From: Mustelus asterias
Lineage: Eukaryota
Direction of reading: 5' to 3'
NCBI RefSeq assembly: GCF_964213995.1
Contig: NW_027590185.1
Location: forward strand, 372,001-436,000
DNA: 64,000 nt
The notes below the pieces were generated by a model. That model was not told the origin of the DNA, searched no databases, and saw only the letters and a program-made list of their open reading frames with translations. This document shows positions 1 to 10,972 of this stretch, in pieces. Position numbers and translations under genes: made by a program. Every line of letters starts with the position of its first letter. Positions within the stretch are counted from its first letter, which is position 1.

Positions 1-287
1 GCACGAGGGGGCATGGCTTTAAATTGAGGGGGGGTAGTTATAGAACCGATGTCAGGGGTAGGTTCTTTACCCAGAGGGTGGTGAGGGATTGGAATGCCCT
101 GCCAGCATCAGTAGTAAATGCGCCTAGTTTGGGGGCGTTTAAGAGATCCGTAGATAGGTTCATGGACGAAAAGAAATTGGTTTAGGTTGGAGGGTCACAG
201 TTTTTTTTTTTATTTAACTGGTCGGTGCAACATCGTGGGCCGAAGGGCCTGTTCTGCGCTGTAATGTTCTATGTTCTATGTTCTATG
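1..287 (+). mobile_element. CR1-clade LINE 3' end with (TTCTATG)n tail
   Basis: ORF2 C-terminus (RGHGFKLRGGSYRTDVRGRFFTQRVV), GGGCCGAAGGGCCTGT 3'UTR motif and microsatellite tail; near-identical to 63231-63505 on the - strand. Confidence 0.9.
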
Positions 288-889
288 AATTGACAGTGAC
301 AGTCACATGTTATCGAATGGCCTCATAAAACAGAAGTAGGAGTCCCATGCAACATATAAGTTCCTCACAAAATGTAAGTCATTCCCAGACAGTACAAACG
401 ATGCCGACCGACCATCACGCCACAATAGCATGCATTCTCACAAACACATTCACACAGCACCGGAAACATCATGAAACTGCCCAATGCCACCACGTGGGAG
501 CTGTCAAAAAATCCGACAGAAGAACATATGGAAATTAATAGATATGTTGATAACAATCCCAGCCCTCTTGACTATTCCAGTCGTTTCTTTCCATGTTTAT
601 TTTTCTCTGGACCCCATTTCTATTGTGCTAGCTAGATTCTCCTTGTTTTTTGGTGGTTCTAAAGCTCTGGTTATTTATTTCGTAGTCGTTATGTCATTCA
701 TGAATTCACTAGGCTCTCTCTATAATATTGCTTCATCATGGTCCCCTGTTTGATTAGGATACAGGGATAAACAAAATCGAAATCGTCTCTCCCGTCGCGG
801 TATTACGTTACATAATAGCATGCACCCCTCAGAAAGCATTCATTTTGCTTTGCATGTCGATTGTTTGAAATCAGTTTTAATGGACCCTA

Positions 890-1201
890 ACATTCATTCC
901 CTCCACCACCAATGCAGCCGTCTGCATTACATACACGATGCACTGCAGGAACTCACCAAGCCTCGTTAAGCGGTACATTTCAAGCACACAACAGCTGAAA
1001 CCGAGGAGGACACATCGGAACACTATCACTTTCCAGACTTGGAAATGTACTCGATTCCTTCACTGTCCCCTGGAAAATATTCTGGAATTCCCTCCCTAGC
1101 AGCGCTGTGGGTTTACGTACACCGCAGCGACTGCAACCTTTCAAGAAGGCGGTTCACCACCACGTTATCAAGGGCAATTAGAGATTGGTAATGTCTACTG
1201 G
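890..1201 (+). mobile_element. Degraded LINE 3' region (CR1/L2-like family), split by the CR1 at 1202-2578
   Basis: Homologous to 14900-15290 (-) and 27900-28350 (+); continues at 2579-2625 after the CR1. Confidence 0.6.
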
Positions 1202-2578
1202 AATAGGCCCGTGAGCCTCACATCTGTCGTGGGTAAGTTGTTGGAAGGTATTTTGAGAGACAGAATCCACAGGAATTTAGAGACGCAATGACTGATTAGG
1301 GAGAGTCAGCATGACTTTGTGAGGGGAAAATCATGTCTCATAAATTTGATTGAGTTTTTTGAAGAGGTAACCAAGAAGGTAGATGAGGGCAGTGCAGTCG
1401 ACGTTGTCTACACGGACTTCAGCAAGGCCTTTCACAAAGTACCGCATGGTCGGTTGTTGCATGAGGTTAAATCTCACGGGATCCAGGGTGAGGTATCTAA
1501 ATGGATACAAAATTGACTTCTTGATGGAAGCCAGAGGTTGGTTGTAGAGGGTTGTTTTTCAAACTGGAGGCCTGTGACCAGCAGTGTGCCTCAGGGATCA
1601 GTGCTGGGTCCACTGTTATTTGTCATTTATATTAATGATTTGGATGAGAATATAGGAGGCATGGTTACTAAGTTTGCAGATGACAGTAAGATTGGTGGCA
1701 TAGTGGACAGTGAAGAAAGTTATCTTCAATTGCAACGGGATCTTGATTGGGCCACTGGGCTGCCGAATGGCAGATGGAGTTTAATTTAGACAAAGGCGAG
1801 GTGATGTATTTTGGTAGTTTGAACCAGGGCAGGACTTACTCAGTTAATGGTAGGGCGTTGGGAAGCGTTACAGAACAAAGTGGACTCAAGTGGAGTCTCA
1901 AGTGGTCCACCTGAGACTCCACTTTCAAGTGGAGTCTCAGGTGGACAGAGTGGTGAAAAAGGCATTCGGCATGCTTGGATTCATCGGTCAGAACATTGAA
2001 TACAGGAGTTGGGACGTCTTGTTGAAGTTGTACAAGACATTGGTGAGGCCACACTTGGAATACTGTGTGCAATTTTAGTAACCCTATTATAGAAAGGATA
2101 TTATTCAACGAGAAAGAGTGCAGAAAAGATTTACTAGGATGCTACCGCGACTTGATGGATTGAGTTATAAGGAGAGGCTGGATAGACTGGTACTTTTTTC
2201 TCTGGAGCCTATGAGGCTGAGGGGTGATCTTATGGAGGTCTTTAAAATAATGAGACCAGCTAGATAGTCAATATCTTTTCCCAGACTTGCAGAGTCTAAA
2301 ACTAGAGGGCATAGGTTTAAGGTGAGAGGGGACAGACACAAAAGTGTCCAGAGTGGCCTTTTCTTCACACAGAGGGTGGTGAGGTAGTAGTGGAGGCGGG
2401 TACAATATTGTCTTTTAAAAAGCATTTAGATAGTTACATGGGTACGATGAGTATAGAGGGATAAGGGCCAAATGCGGGCAATTGGGATTCGCTTAGTGGT
2501 TTAAAAAAAAAAGGGCGGCATGGACAAGTTGGGCCGAAGGGCCTGTTTCCATGCTGTAAACCTCTATGACTCTATGAC
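1202..2578 (+). mobile_element. 5'-truncated CR1 LINE, disrupted RT
   Basis: RT motifs (DFSKAF, VPQGSVLGP, KFADD), (CTATGACT)n tail, TSD TCTACTGG at 1194-1201 and 2579-2586. Confidence 0.9.
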
Positions 2579-2772
2579 TCTACTGGCATCGCCAGCGAAG
2601 CCCACATCCATTGAATCAATAACAATAAATAATCTATTCGAAACCAAGTCGAGCATGCCACCCACAACTGTCGATCACCTGCTGAAATTCTGGATTCTCG
2701 CTGCCGGGAGTTTCGACTGAAAATTCACAGCTCAGTTCCCCATTTAAATACTGGAGTTTCATTTTAAACTGT

Positions 2773-2882
2773 GGGCGTGGCCGAATTCACCGATGTTCGG
2801 GTCTGAAAGACTTCAGTGCAGCTCTGAGAGCCAGTCTCCCAGAGCAGTCCAGCTCTGTCGTCTCAGCTCCCTGGCATATAAA
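2773..2882 (+). promoter_or_regulatory. Putative NAR-TCR cassette 1 promoter (GC/CACCC box and TATAAA)
   Basis: TGGGCGTGGCC and TATAAA (2877-2882) are both conserved upstream of cassette 2; the TATA lies unusually close to the ATG. Confidence 0.45.
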
Positions 2883-2906
2883 CCGTCAGCTCCAGACAGC
2901 AGAACG

Positions 2907-2946
2907 ATGGGAATCCTTGTTTTCACCCTGTGTGCTTGTTTACCCT
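2907..2946 (+). pseudogene. NARTCR: NAR-TCR cassette 1 leader exon, inactivated
   Basis: MGILVFTLCACLP; the donor reads GATGAGT instead of GTGAGT, and the split codon would be T+GA = stop (C+GA = Arg in cassette 2). Confidence 0.85.
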
Positions 2947-3096
2947 GATGAGTACCGATCAAACTAACCCACATTGTGTGGATTGAATATAAAGCTGCCT
3001 CGTGTCCATCTCAATTACAGACACTGTCTCGGATTTTAGCCCCTATGTTTGGTTCGGCTCTGATGGTCCATTAAACTCTCTGTGTTTAATTTCCAG

Positions 3097-3387
3097 GATC
3101 TTTCAATCAGCCAGTGACACAGAGCCTGGCAGCGTTGACCAGGAAGGAGTGTCAGTCTCTTACCATCACCTGTGTTTTCTGTGAAGTTCATGATTTAGAA
3201 AATGGTCATTTTTTCAGACAAATCCAGACCGGGACGGAGCAGGAGCGGGTCACCAGCGGAGGGAGATTTATTGTATTGGTGAATAAAGCAGAAAAGACAT
3301 TTTCACTGGAAATTCGGGATGTGAGAGTTGAAGACAGTGCCACCTATTACTGTAACGTTCAGCACTGGTACTACTCACATAGGACAC
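3097..3387 (+). pseudogene. NARTCR: NAR-TCR IgNAR-like V exon, cassette 1
   Basis: Acceptor TTTCCAG; VTQS..RKECQSLTITC...FSLEIRDVRVEDSATYYCNVQHWYYSHRT; short Cys-Cys spacing (no CDR2), extra FR1 Cys; leader and heptamer defective. Confidence 0.85.
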
Positions 3388-3415
3388 CGCATTCGGAGAG
3401 AGTTCGACAAAAACC
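3388..3415 (+). promoter_or_regulatory. Degenerate 12-RSS of NAR V1
   Basis: CGCATTC-12 nt-ACAAAAACC; aligns with the CACAGTG-12-ACAAATACT of cassette 2. Confidence 0.7.
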
Positions 3416-3749
3416 TCAGGATAATCAAAACAGTAATTCCCAGCAATTCCCATGTTCGGTAACTTGACTTGTCGGTTTGATGTTATTCCCAGTTCAATCT
3501 AGTTTAATTTCATTTTAATTTCCACCTATCAGTTATAATTCTTCCAGGTTTTTCGCCATTAATAAGAATCTTGCATCTCTGCTCCTGTTCCTGGGACATT
3601 TTACCAGGAACTCAGAGAGTCACAAGGAAAAGTTTGATCCAATGAGGTTTTTTTTAAACAACCAATGTTCATTATGGATTCAAATCCCCTGAATAACCGA
3701 GAAACACTGATTGCTCGGTAATGGCTGCTCGGCAGTTTGAGGTGTCAGT

Positions 3750-3840
3750 CATTCTTGTGCTGGGCTGACTGAGAGCGCTGACACTGTGGGGAGAATGGAG
3801 ATTGCAGATGGGTCTGGGGCGGTGGTGACTGTCACAGCCG
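3750..3840 (+). other. NARTCR: NAR-TCR J segment 1 with upstream 23-RSS
   Basis: CATTCTTGT-23 nt-CACTGTG (3750-3788); coding 3789-3840 RMEIADGSGAVVTVTA (IgNAR-type DGxG FR4); donor GTAGGT at 3841. Confidence 0.85.
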
Positions 3841-4139
3841 GTAGGTGACTCCTAATCCTATTGTGTTGCAGCCTGTTTAGGTTAGTGTTCACCGTCAGTT
3901 TAAATTCGTTATCAGCATCACTTCAATTCTCTGCTTCTAAAGCAGGGTGCTTTCCAGTGGAAGATTTTCAATTGCAGATTTAGACTTGGGAGCAGATTAA
4001 GAAACCGAAGAGTCTCACAACTCGAAGAGTCAGGCTATGAGACCAGATTGAAGCAATGTGAGAACCCGAAGGACAGGTATCCCACAGGGAAGGAGGTTCA
4101 GCTCACTCGATCTGGACTATTATTGGTTTAAGGAACAGT

Positions 4140-4685
4140 AAAAAGTCTCACAACGCTAGATTAAAGGCCAACGGGTTTATTTGGAATCACGAGCTTTCGG
4201 AGCGCTGCTCCTTTCTCAGGTGAGTGGAGAGTTGGGTTCACAACACGGCATATATAGACAGAAACACAATTGCAAGACAATGGTTGGAATGCAAGTCTTT
4301 ACAGGTAATCAAGTCTTTACAGGCGCAGAGAACGCGAGTGGAGAGAAGAATAATCACAGGTTAAAGAGGTGCGAATTGTCTCAAGCCAGGACAGATGGTA
4401 GGACTTTGCAAGCCCAGGGAAAATGATGGAGGTTACATGTATTGTGACATGAACCTAAGATCCCGGCTGAGGCCGTCCTCAAAGATTCGCATTCCAACCA
4501 TTACCTTGGAATTGCGTCTATGTGTATATGTGCCGTGTTTGCAAACCCAACTCTCCACTCACCTGAGGAAGTAGCTGCACTCCGAAAGCTCGTGATTCCA
4601 AATAAGGCTGTTGGACTTTAACCTGGTGTTGTGCGACTTCTTACCGTGCCCACCCCATTCCAACGCCGGCATCTCCAAATCATGG
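4140..4685. mobile_element. Penelope-like element remnant with inverted terminal repeats
   Basis: - strand ORF 3' end (EDGLSRDLRFMSQY) and two opposed copies of the terminal repeat seen at 10500-10661. Confidence 0.75.
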
Positions 4686-4769
4686 TTTAAGGAAGGCATC
4701 GGTTAATCCTCACAACTGCCTGCACTCTCACTCTCCTAACTGGTTTCAGTGAGCGCCCATTAGGGGAGG

Positions 4770-5090
4770 CCGTGACCAAGAGGAATTATCACTGGACAAT
4801 GAATTCAAAAACACAGCTAAAGTTCTGGGAACCCGCCAGGGCAGATGGTGGAATTTCAATTCAATAAACATATCTGGAATTATGAATCTACTGATGACCA
4901 TGAAACCATTGACGATTGTCAGAAACCCCCATCTGGTTCACTAATGTCCTTCAGGGAAGGAAATCTGCCGTCTTTACCTGTCTGGCCTACATGTGACTGT
5001 AGAGTCACACCAATGTGTCTGACTCTCAACTGCCTCTGGGTCACTGGCGACGGGCAGCGTCGACACCCAGTTCTCATCAATGAATAAGAA
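4770..5090 (+). mobile_element. Degraded tRNA-derived SINE (unassigned family)
   Basis: Homologous to 11740-12125, 5925-6165 (-) and 28745-28835. Confidence 0.5.
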
Positions 5091-6234
5091 GCAACTTGTG
5101 GACACACCGAACCCTGCTCCCCGCTCCCCGCTGGGAGGAAGCGGAGCCACTGAGCACAGGATTTCTCTCTGCTCCAGGAAATGTCAATGAGCTACCGGGA
5201 GAAGCAATCCAAAATTGCAGCGGCAGATCCAATACCTGCAGTGACAGGAAAACAGGAACATGACACAAATAGCTTCAAGAGCTAATTTTATAGTTGTAGG
5301 TGACATTTCATGCGCAATCAGTGACTAAAAATAATTACATCCTATCTGATTTTTATTTCCTTCCTCTTAACAATTATTTTGGCAGAATTCCAAAACGTTA
5401 GAATTGCATTCTCTTCCACATCTTGATCGCTGATGGTGGACAATTCTGTTTGCATTATGTTTTTTGTCGATTTCAAAAACATGCGATTGTGCTCACTGAA
5501 GCACAATGAATCCCTCAAGAATTGGGTTGTGTCGCGGCTGAGGGTGCTGAACCGTTCCAAAGATTTTATTTTTGAGTACTAATGGAATCAATGGATTTGG
5601 AAATAGGACGCACAGTTAGCATTAAGGTAGATGAACAGATCAGAACATTCCTGAATTGTACAGTGGGTCCCCAAGGTGGATTGGTCTACCATGTTTCTAA
5701 ATTTTATGTATCTTATTATCTGCATGAATTTCTTACACTCAGAGAATATAAATAATCAATCATGTGTATGGATATCGAAAGTTTGCAAAAGCTTTGACTT
5801 TCGGCTCTCGAAGGCCGGTAAGACATGAAAAACGGCATTGAAACACCGAACATTATGTTGTAGTTTCAAGGAGTTCCATGTGCAGAAACTGGTCCTTCGG
5901 TGGGAGAGCTGTTTCTTTCTTTAAATCATTCGTGTGACATGGCGTCGCTGGTTGGCCATCATTTATTGTGCATTCCTGGTCGCCCTTCAAATCAATGGCT
6001 GGCTAGGCCATTTTTAAGGGCAGTTGAGAGTCAATCACATTTCTGTGGCACTTTCTAAACATCCGAAATGGTTTCACGGTCAGCAGCAGATACTTAACTT
6101 CAGATTTTTAAAATTGAAGTCAAATTCCACCAACTGCCGAGGCAGGATTCGAACCAGGGCCCCAAAAGAACTGGATATTTATATATGAAATATGAAATGT
6201 CTATCAGAAGAGATAGACATGTTTAGAATATGTT

Positions 6235-6410
6235 TAAATCACGGGTAGATAGTTTTCTGATCGATAAGGGAATTAGGGGATATGGGGAGCAGGCGGGTAA
6301 GTGGAACTGATTCGCTTCAGATCAGCCATGATCTTGTTGAATGGCTGGGCAGGCTCGAAGGGCCAGATGGCCTACTCCTGCTCCTATTTCTTATGTTCTT
6401 ATGTTCTTAT
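6235..6410 (+). mobile_element. CR1 LINE 3' end
   Basis: 3'UTR motif and (TTCTTATG)n tail. Confidence 0.7.
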
Positions 6411-7489
6411 GATAGAAACATTCGGGTATATTTACACGGAGACACATCAGAATGTGAAACTCGCTCTTTGGAGAAACGGCGTGATGAATTTATGGCACAG
6501 CTTGGGAGAGAGGAATAAAAAGACACACAGCTCAGGATGTAAATGGTTATTTCGGGTTCGAGAGGTGAACGGGCGTCCGAGGACAATCTTCGACCAGCTG
6601 GACTGAGTGGCCTATTCGTGTTAAGTGGAAAGTGTAGAATGTTAAACTCAGAGACTATTGTGTTCGGAAAGAACAGGGAACAATCAGCCAATGGACTAAA
6701 AGGATTGAAATTCTCACATACCCTGAAGGCAGTTCCCAGTGAGTAACAGTAAAACCACTGCGGAAACTGAACAGACTGAACCAACCGACAACTGAGAGAA
6801 ATTAGGGCAAGTTTTCATGACGGTTAGAAACCGCCATGAACAGACAGAAAACAACTCAGATGTAGAAATAAAATGAAATCAACTTGCAAATATTTCTAAT
6901 GGAAGTAAAACGGTAGAATTGATGGACGGAAACAGACAAAGAGCCCAACGGCAGACAGGAGTTACCTTGTAGTGTTGAACTGCGGCCAAAGGTCGATTTT
7001 TGACCCACAGGTATACATTGTCATTTCGGATTATTAGGTGCGGACGAAAATCTCTATTCTGTGCTGAACCTTGAGATTTACAGGTTCACAAGACTGCCCG
7101 ATTTTCTTTCGGGCAATCAAATCTAGAGAGCAATTAATTCACTGAAAAGAAGAGTGAACTTTACGATTTAGTTTTCTGGTTCGCACTTCACCAATATATT
7201 TATTAGAAGATATTTAATAAAAATAGAATCATACTCCGCAAAAAAAAACACAATTCTGTCAGTAATTTGAAGGTTCTGCCAATGTACCTATTCGCTCTTC
7301 TTTGGTCCCCACTGGAATCCTGTCCTGTCCCAGAAGTTTCTCCCGCTCAATTACCGTTTGAAAGTTAATGCTAAGTCTGCTCCCAGCATCAGCCCTTCCG
7401 CATGCCATTCAGGTGACTGCAATTCTCTGTGCAAAAAGGTCTGAAGATCTGCCACGCTTGTTTATTTCCAATTCAAATTCACAGAATCC

Positions 7490-7787
7490 CAACAGGGCAG
7501 AAAGAGGTCATTCGGCCTATCGAGTCTGCACCGACCACGTCCCACCCAGTCCCAGGCTCTATTCCCATAACCCCACATATTTGCCTTTCTAATCTCCCTC
7601 TGGCACGAGGGTCAATGTCGATCAACGTAATCTGCACATTTTTGGACTGGGGGAGGAAGCCAGAGCACCCGGAGGAAACCCAAACGGTCACGGGGAGAAC
7701 AGGCAAACAGTGACCCGAGCGTGAAATTGAACCTGGGTCCCTGGCGCTGTGAGGCAACATTGGTAACTGTGTCACTGCGCCGCCCCC
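7490..7787 (-). mobile_element. HE1-like V-SINE, degraded
   Basis: Core TGGGTTTCCTCCGGGTGCTCTGGCTTCCTCCCCCAGTCCAAAAATGTGC on the - strand; tRNA-like head. Confidence 0.75.
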
Positions 7788-7894
7788 AAATTCAATTAAA
7801 CAAATTGCTGCAACAGCCAGGTATTAACCCGATTGACAAGTTTCCAGGATAAACGGCGACGAAACAAACAATTCATTTTATTTCTACACTGCAG

Positions 7895-8200
7895 ATTCCA
7901 GCTCACCTGTGTCACCAAGTTCCCTTCTACAAACATCTGCTGCCGGCGACACGGTTATGTTAAGCTATGAATATTCAGGTCTCTGTCAGGACACAGTACA
8001 CTGGTACCGTCAGACCCGAGGACAGACTCCGAAGTGCCTGCTTCAGACACACACTTCAGGAGACGAGAATAAAGCAAACGCTGTCGCGGGGAGAATTTCT
8101 GCTTCTATCGAATCTTCAGTCAAAATCAGCCGGTTAAAGATCTCCAAACTTCAACTGAGCGACTCCGCTGTTTATTACTGTGAAATGAGTTGGCGCACAG
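7895..8200 (+). pseudogene. Leaderless supporting TCR-delta V, cassette 1
   Basis: Acceptor CTGCAG, phase 1; first canonical Cys replaced by Tyr (LSYEYSGLCQ), CDR1 Cys kept, WYRQ, DSAVYYC; RSS CATAGTG-23-ACAAAAACC at 8201-8239. Confidence 0.85.
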
Positions 8201-8249
8201 CATAGTGTCACAGAACACGGAGACAGCTGTACAAAAACCTGAACATGGT

Positions 8250-10361
8250 TCAGAGGAATTCATCAGGCGAATGAGGCTGCGGGAGTTCTTCCACAAACCC
8301 CAAGAGGCCAACAGCGAACACAATGAGACAGCTAATGAACCGGAACAGCAGACAGAGAGACCCGCAGTGCAACCGAAGAGGAAAGAGTCGAATTGGACTC
8401 CTCCGGAAGGCCGCTGCCCTCGACTTGACATGTATGCCCAAGCCATCAGGAGGTGCGTCAACACCAAATTCATCAGCCGAACTCACAAGACAGCACCGAA
8501 CATCACCCAAGCACAACGCAACGCCATCCACGCTCTCAAGACCAACCGCAACATTGTCATCAAACCAGCAGACAAAGGAGGGGCCATCGTCATACTGAAC
8601 AGAACGGATTACTGCAAAGAAGTGCACCGACAACTAAACAACGAGGAACACTACGGAGAGTTACCCACAGATCCGACCAAAGAACACACCCGTCAACTCA
8701 ACACTCTGATCAAAACCTTTGATCCGGACCTTCAGAGCACCCTCCGTGCTCTCATCCCACGTACTCCACGCGTTGGAGATCTCTACTGCCTCCCAAAAAT
8801 ACACAAGGCAAACACACCCGGCCGTCCCATCGTTTCAGGAAACGGAACCCTGTGCGAGAACCTCTCCGGCTATGTCGAGGGCATCTTGAAACCCATTGTA
8901 CAAAGAACCCCCAGCTTTTGTCGCGACACTACGGACTTCCTACAGAAACTCAACACACGTGGAGCAGTTGAACCAGGAGCACTCCTCGTCACAATGGATG
9001 TCTCGGCACTCCACACCAGCATCCCCCACGATGATGGCATTGCTGCAACGGCCTCAGTACTCAATGCCGTCAACTGCCAGTTTCCAGATGCAATTTTACA
9101 ACTCATCCGCTTCATCCTGGATCACAATATCTTCACCTTCAACAGCCAGTTCTTCATCCAGACACACGGAACAGCCATGGGGACAAAATTCGCACCTCAA
9201 TATGCCAACATCTTCATGCACAGGTTCGAACAAGACTTCTTCACCGCACAGGACCTTCAACCGATGCTCTACACTAGATACATCGATGACATTTTCTTCC
9301 TTTGGAGCCATGGTGAGCAATCACTGAAACAACTCTATGATGACATCAACAAGTTCCATCCCACCATCAGACTCACCATGGACTACTCTCCGGAATCGGT
9401 TGCATTCTTGGACACACGCATCTCCATTAAGGACGGTCACCTCAGCACCTCACTGTACCGCAAGCCCACGGATAACCTCATGATGCTCCACTTCTCCAGC
9501 TTCCACCCTAAACACGTAAAAGAAGCCATCCCCTACGGACAAGCCCTCCGTATACACAGGATCTGCTCGGATGAGGAGGATCGCAACAGACACCTCCAGA
9601 CGCTGAAAGATGCCCTCATAAGAACAGGATATGGCGCTCGACTCATCGATCAACAGTTCCGACGCGCCACAGCGAAAAACCGCACCGACCTCCTCAGAAG
9701 ACAAACACGGGACACGGTGGACAGAGTACCCTTCCTCGTCCAGTACTTCCCCGGAGCGGAGAAGCTACGGCAACTCCTCCGGAGCCTTCAACATGTCATT
9801 GATGAAGACGAACATCTCGCCAAGGCCATCCCCACACCCCCACTTCTTGCCTTCAAACAACCACGCAACCTCAAACAGACCATTGTCCGCAGCAAACTAC
9901 CCAGCCTTCAGGAGAACAGTGACCACGACACCATACAACCCTGCCACAGCAACCTCTGCAAGACGTGCCGGATCATCAACATGGATGCCATCATCTCATG
10001 TGAGAACACCATCTACCAGGTACACGGTACCTACTCGTACAACTCGGCCAACGTTGTCTACCTGATACGCTGCAAGAAAGGATGTCCCAAGGCATGGTAC
10101 ATTGGGGAAACCATGCAGACGCTACGACAACGGATGAATGAACACCGCTCGACAATCACCAGGCAAGACTGTTCTCTTCCTGTGGGGGAGCACTTCAGCA
10201 GTCACGGGCATTCAGCCTTGGATCTTCAGGTAAGCGTTCTCCAAGGCGGCCTTCACGACACACGACAGCGCAGAGTCACTGAGCAGAAACTGATAGCCAA
10301 GTTCCGCACACATGAGGACGGTCTAAACCGGGATGTTGGATTTATGTCACATTATCAGTAA
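8250..10361 (+). CDS. Penelope RT + GIY-YIG endonuclease (N-terminally truncated)
   Basis: KPADKG, GTAMG, RYIDD, NVVYLIRC..C..WYIGET..LRQRMNEH; about 700 open codons. Confidence 0.9.
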   Translation, partial: SEEFIRRMRLREFFHKPQEANSEHNETANEPEQQTERPAVQPKRKESNWTPPEGRCPRLDMYAQAIRRCVNTKFISRTHKTAPNITQAQRNAIHALKTNRNIVIKPADKGGAIVILNRTDYCKEVHRQLNNEEHYGELPTDPTKEHTRQLNTLIKTFDPDLQSTLRALIPRTPRVGDLYCLPKIHKANTPGRPIVSGNGTLCENLSGYVEGILKPIVQRTPSFCRDTTDFLQKLNTRGAVEPGALLVTMDVSALHTSIPHDDGIAATASVLNAVNCQFPDAILQLIRFILDHNIFTFNSQFFIQTHGTAMGTKFAPQYANIFMHRFEQDFFTAQDLQPMLYTRYIDDIFFLWSHGEQSLKQLYDDINKFHPTIRLTMDYSPESVAFLDTRISIKDGHLSTSLYRKPTDNLMMLHFSSFHPKHVKEAIPYGQALRIHRICSDEEDRNRHLQTLKDALIRTGYGARLIDQQFRRATAKNRTDLLRRQTRDTVDRVPFLVQYFPGAEKLRQLLRSLQHVIDEDEHLAKAIPTPPLLAFKQPRNLKQTIVRSKLPSLQENSDHDTIQPCHSNLCKTCRIINMDAIISCENTIYQVHGTYSYNSANVVYLIRCKKGCPKAWYIGETMQTLRQRMNEHRSTITRQDCSLPVGEHFSSHGHSALDLQVSVLQGGLHDTRQRRVTEQKLIAKFRTHEDGLNRDVGFMSHYQ

Positions 10362-10661
10362 CCCCCACAGCTTGCCTCCTGGACTTGCACAATTTCACAA
10401 GCTGTACTGTCTGGAGACAATACACATCTCTTTAACCTGTGTTGAATGCTCCCTCCACCCACATTGTCTGTACATTTAAGACCTGGCTGGCTGTAGAGAT
10501 TTGCATTCTAATCAGTATTCTGTAATTTGATTTCTGTGTCTGTGCCCTGTTTGAGAACAGAGACCACTCCATCTGACGAAGGAGCATTGCTCCGAAAGCT
10601 TATGGTATTTGCTACCAAATAAACCTGTTGGACTTTAACCTGGTGTTGTGAGACTTCTTAC
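8250..10661 (+). mobile_element. Penelope-like retroelement, 5'-truncated, inserted in the RSS array
   Basis: Uninterrupted ORF to 10361 plus 3' terminal repeat; removing it restores the array linker TGAACATGGT|GATGATTACAGA. Confidence 0.92.
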
Positions 10662-10971
10662 GATGATTACAGACACAGTGATTTGGTAGACGGAAAAAGC
10701 TTTACAAAAACCTGAACATGGTGATGATTACAGACAGAGTGATTTGGTACACGGAAACAGCTTTCCAGAAACCTGAACATGGTGAGAATTACAGACATTG
10801 TGATGAAGAACACGGAGAGAACTGTACAAAGGCCTGAATATGGTGAAGTTTACAGGCACAGTGATTTCGAACACGGAAACAGCTAGACGGAGACCTGAAC
10901 ATTGTGAGGATTACAGACATAGTGATACAGAACACGGAGAGCTGAACAAAAGCCTGAAGATGAATTACAGA
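10662..10971 (+). repeat. Tandem 61-bp 23-RSS array behind supporting V1 (5 units here plus the unit at 8201)
   Basis: Heptamers at 10674 CACAGTG, 10735 CAGAGTG, 10796 CATTGTG, 10857 CACAGTG, 10918 CATAGTG; spacers 23,23,23,23,21; nonamers ACAAAAACC, CCAGAAACC, ACAAAGGCC, ACGGAGACC, ACAAAAGCC. Confidence 0.92.
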
Positions 10972-10972
10972 T

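Noticed and set aside
3376-3415. CACATAG-24-ACAAAAACC as a 23-type RSS for NAR V1
   Set aside because: Alignment with cassette 2 places the true heptamer 12 nt from the nonamer
8190-8249. Apparent N-terminus of the 723-aa ORF (V-Penelope fusion)
   Set aside because: It starts at a non-ATG codon and reads through the RSS out of the V frame; an artefact of the insertion junction
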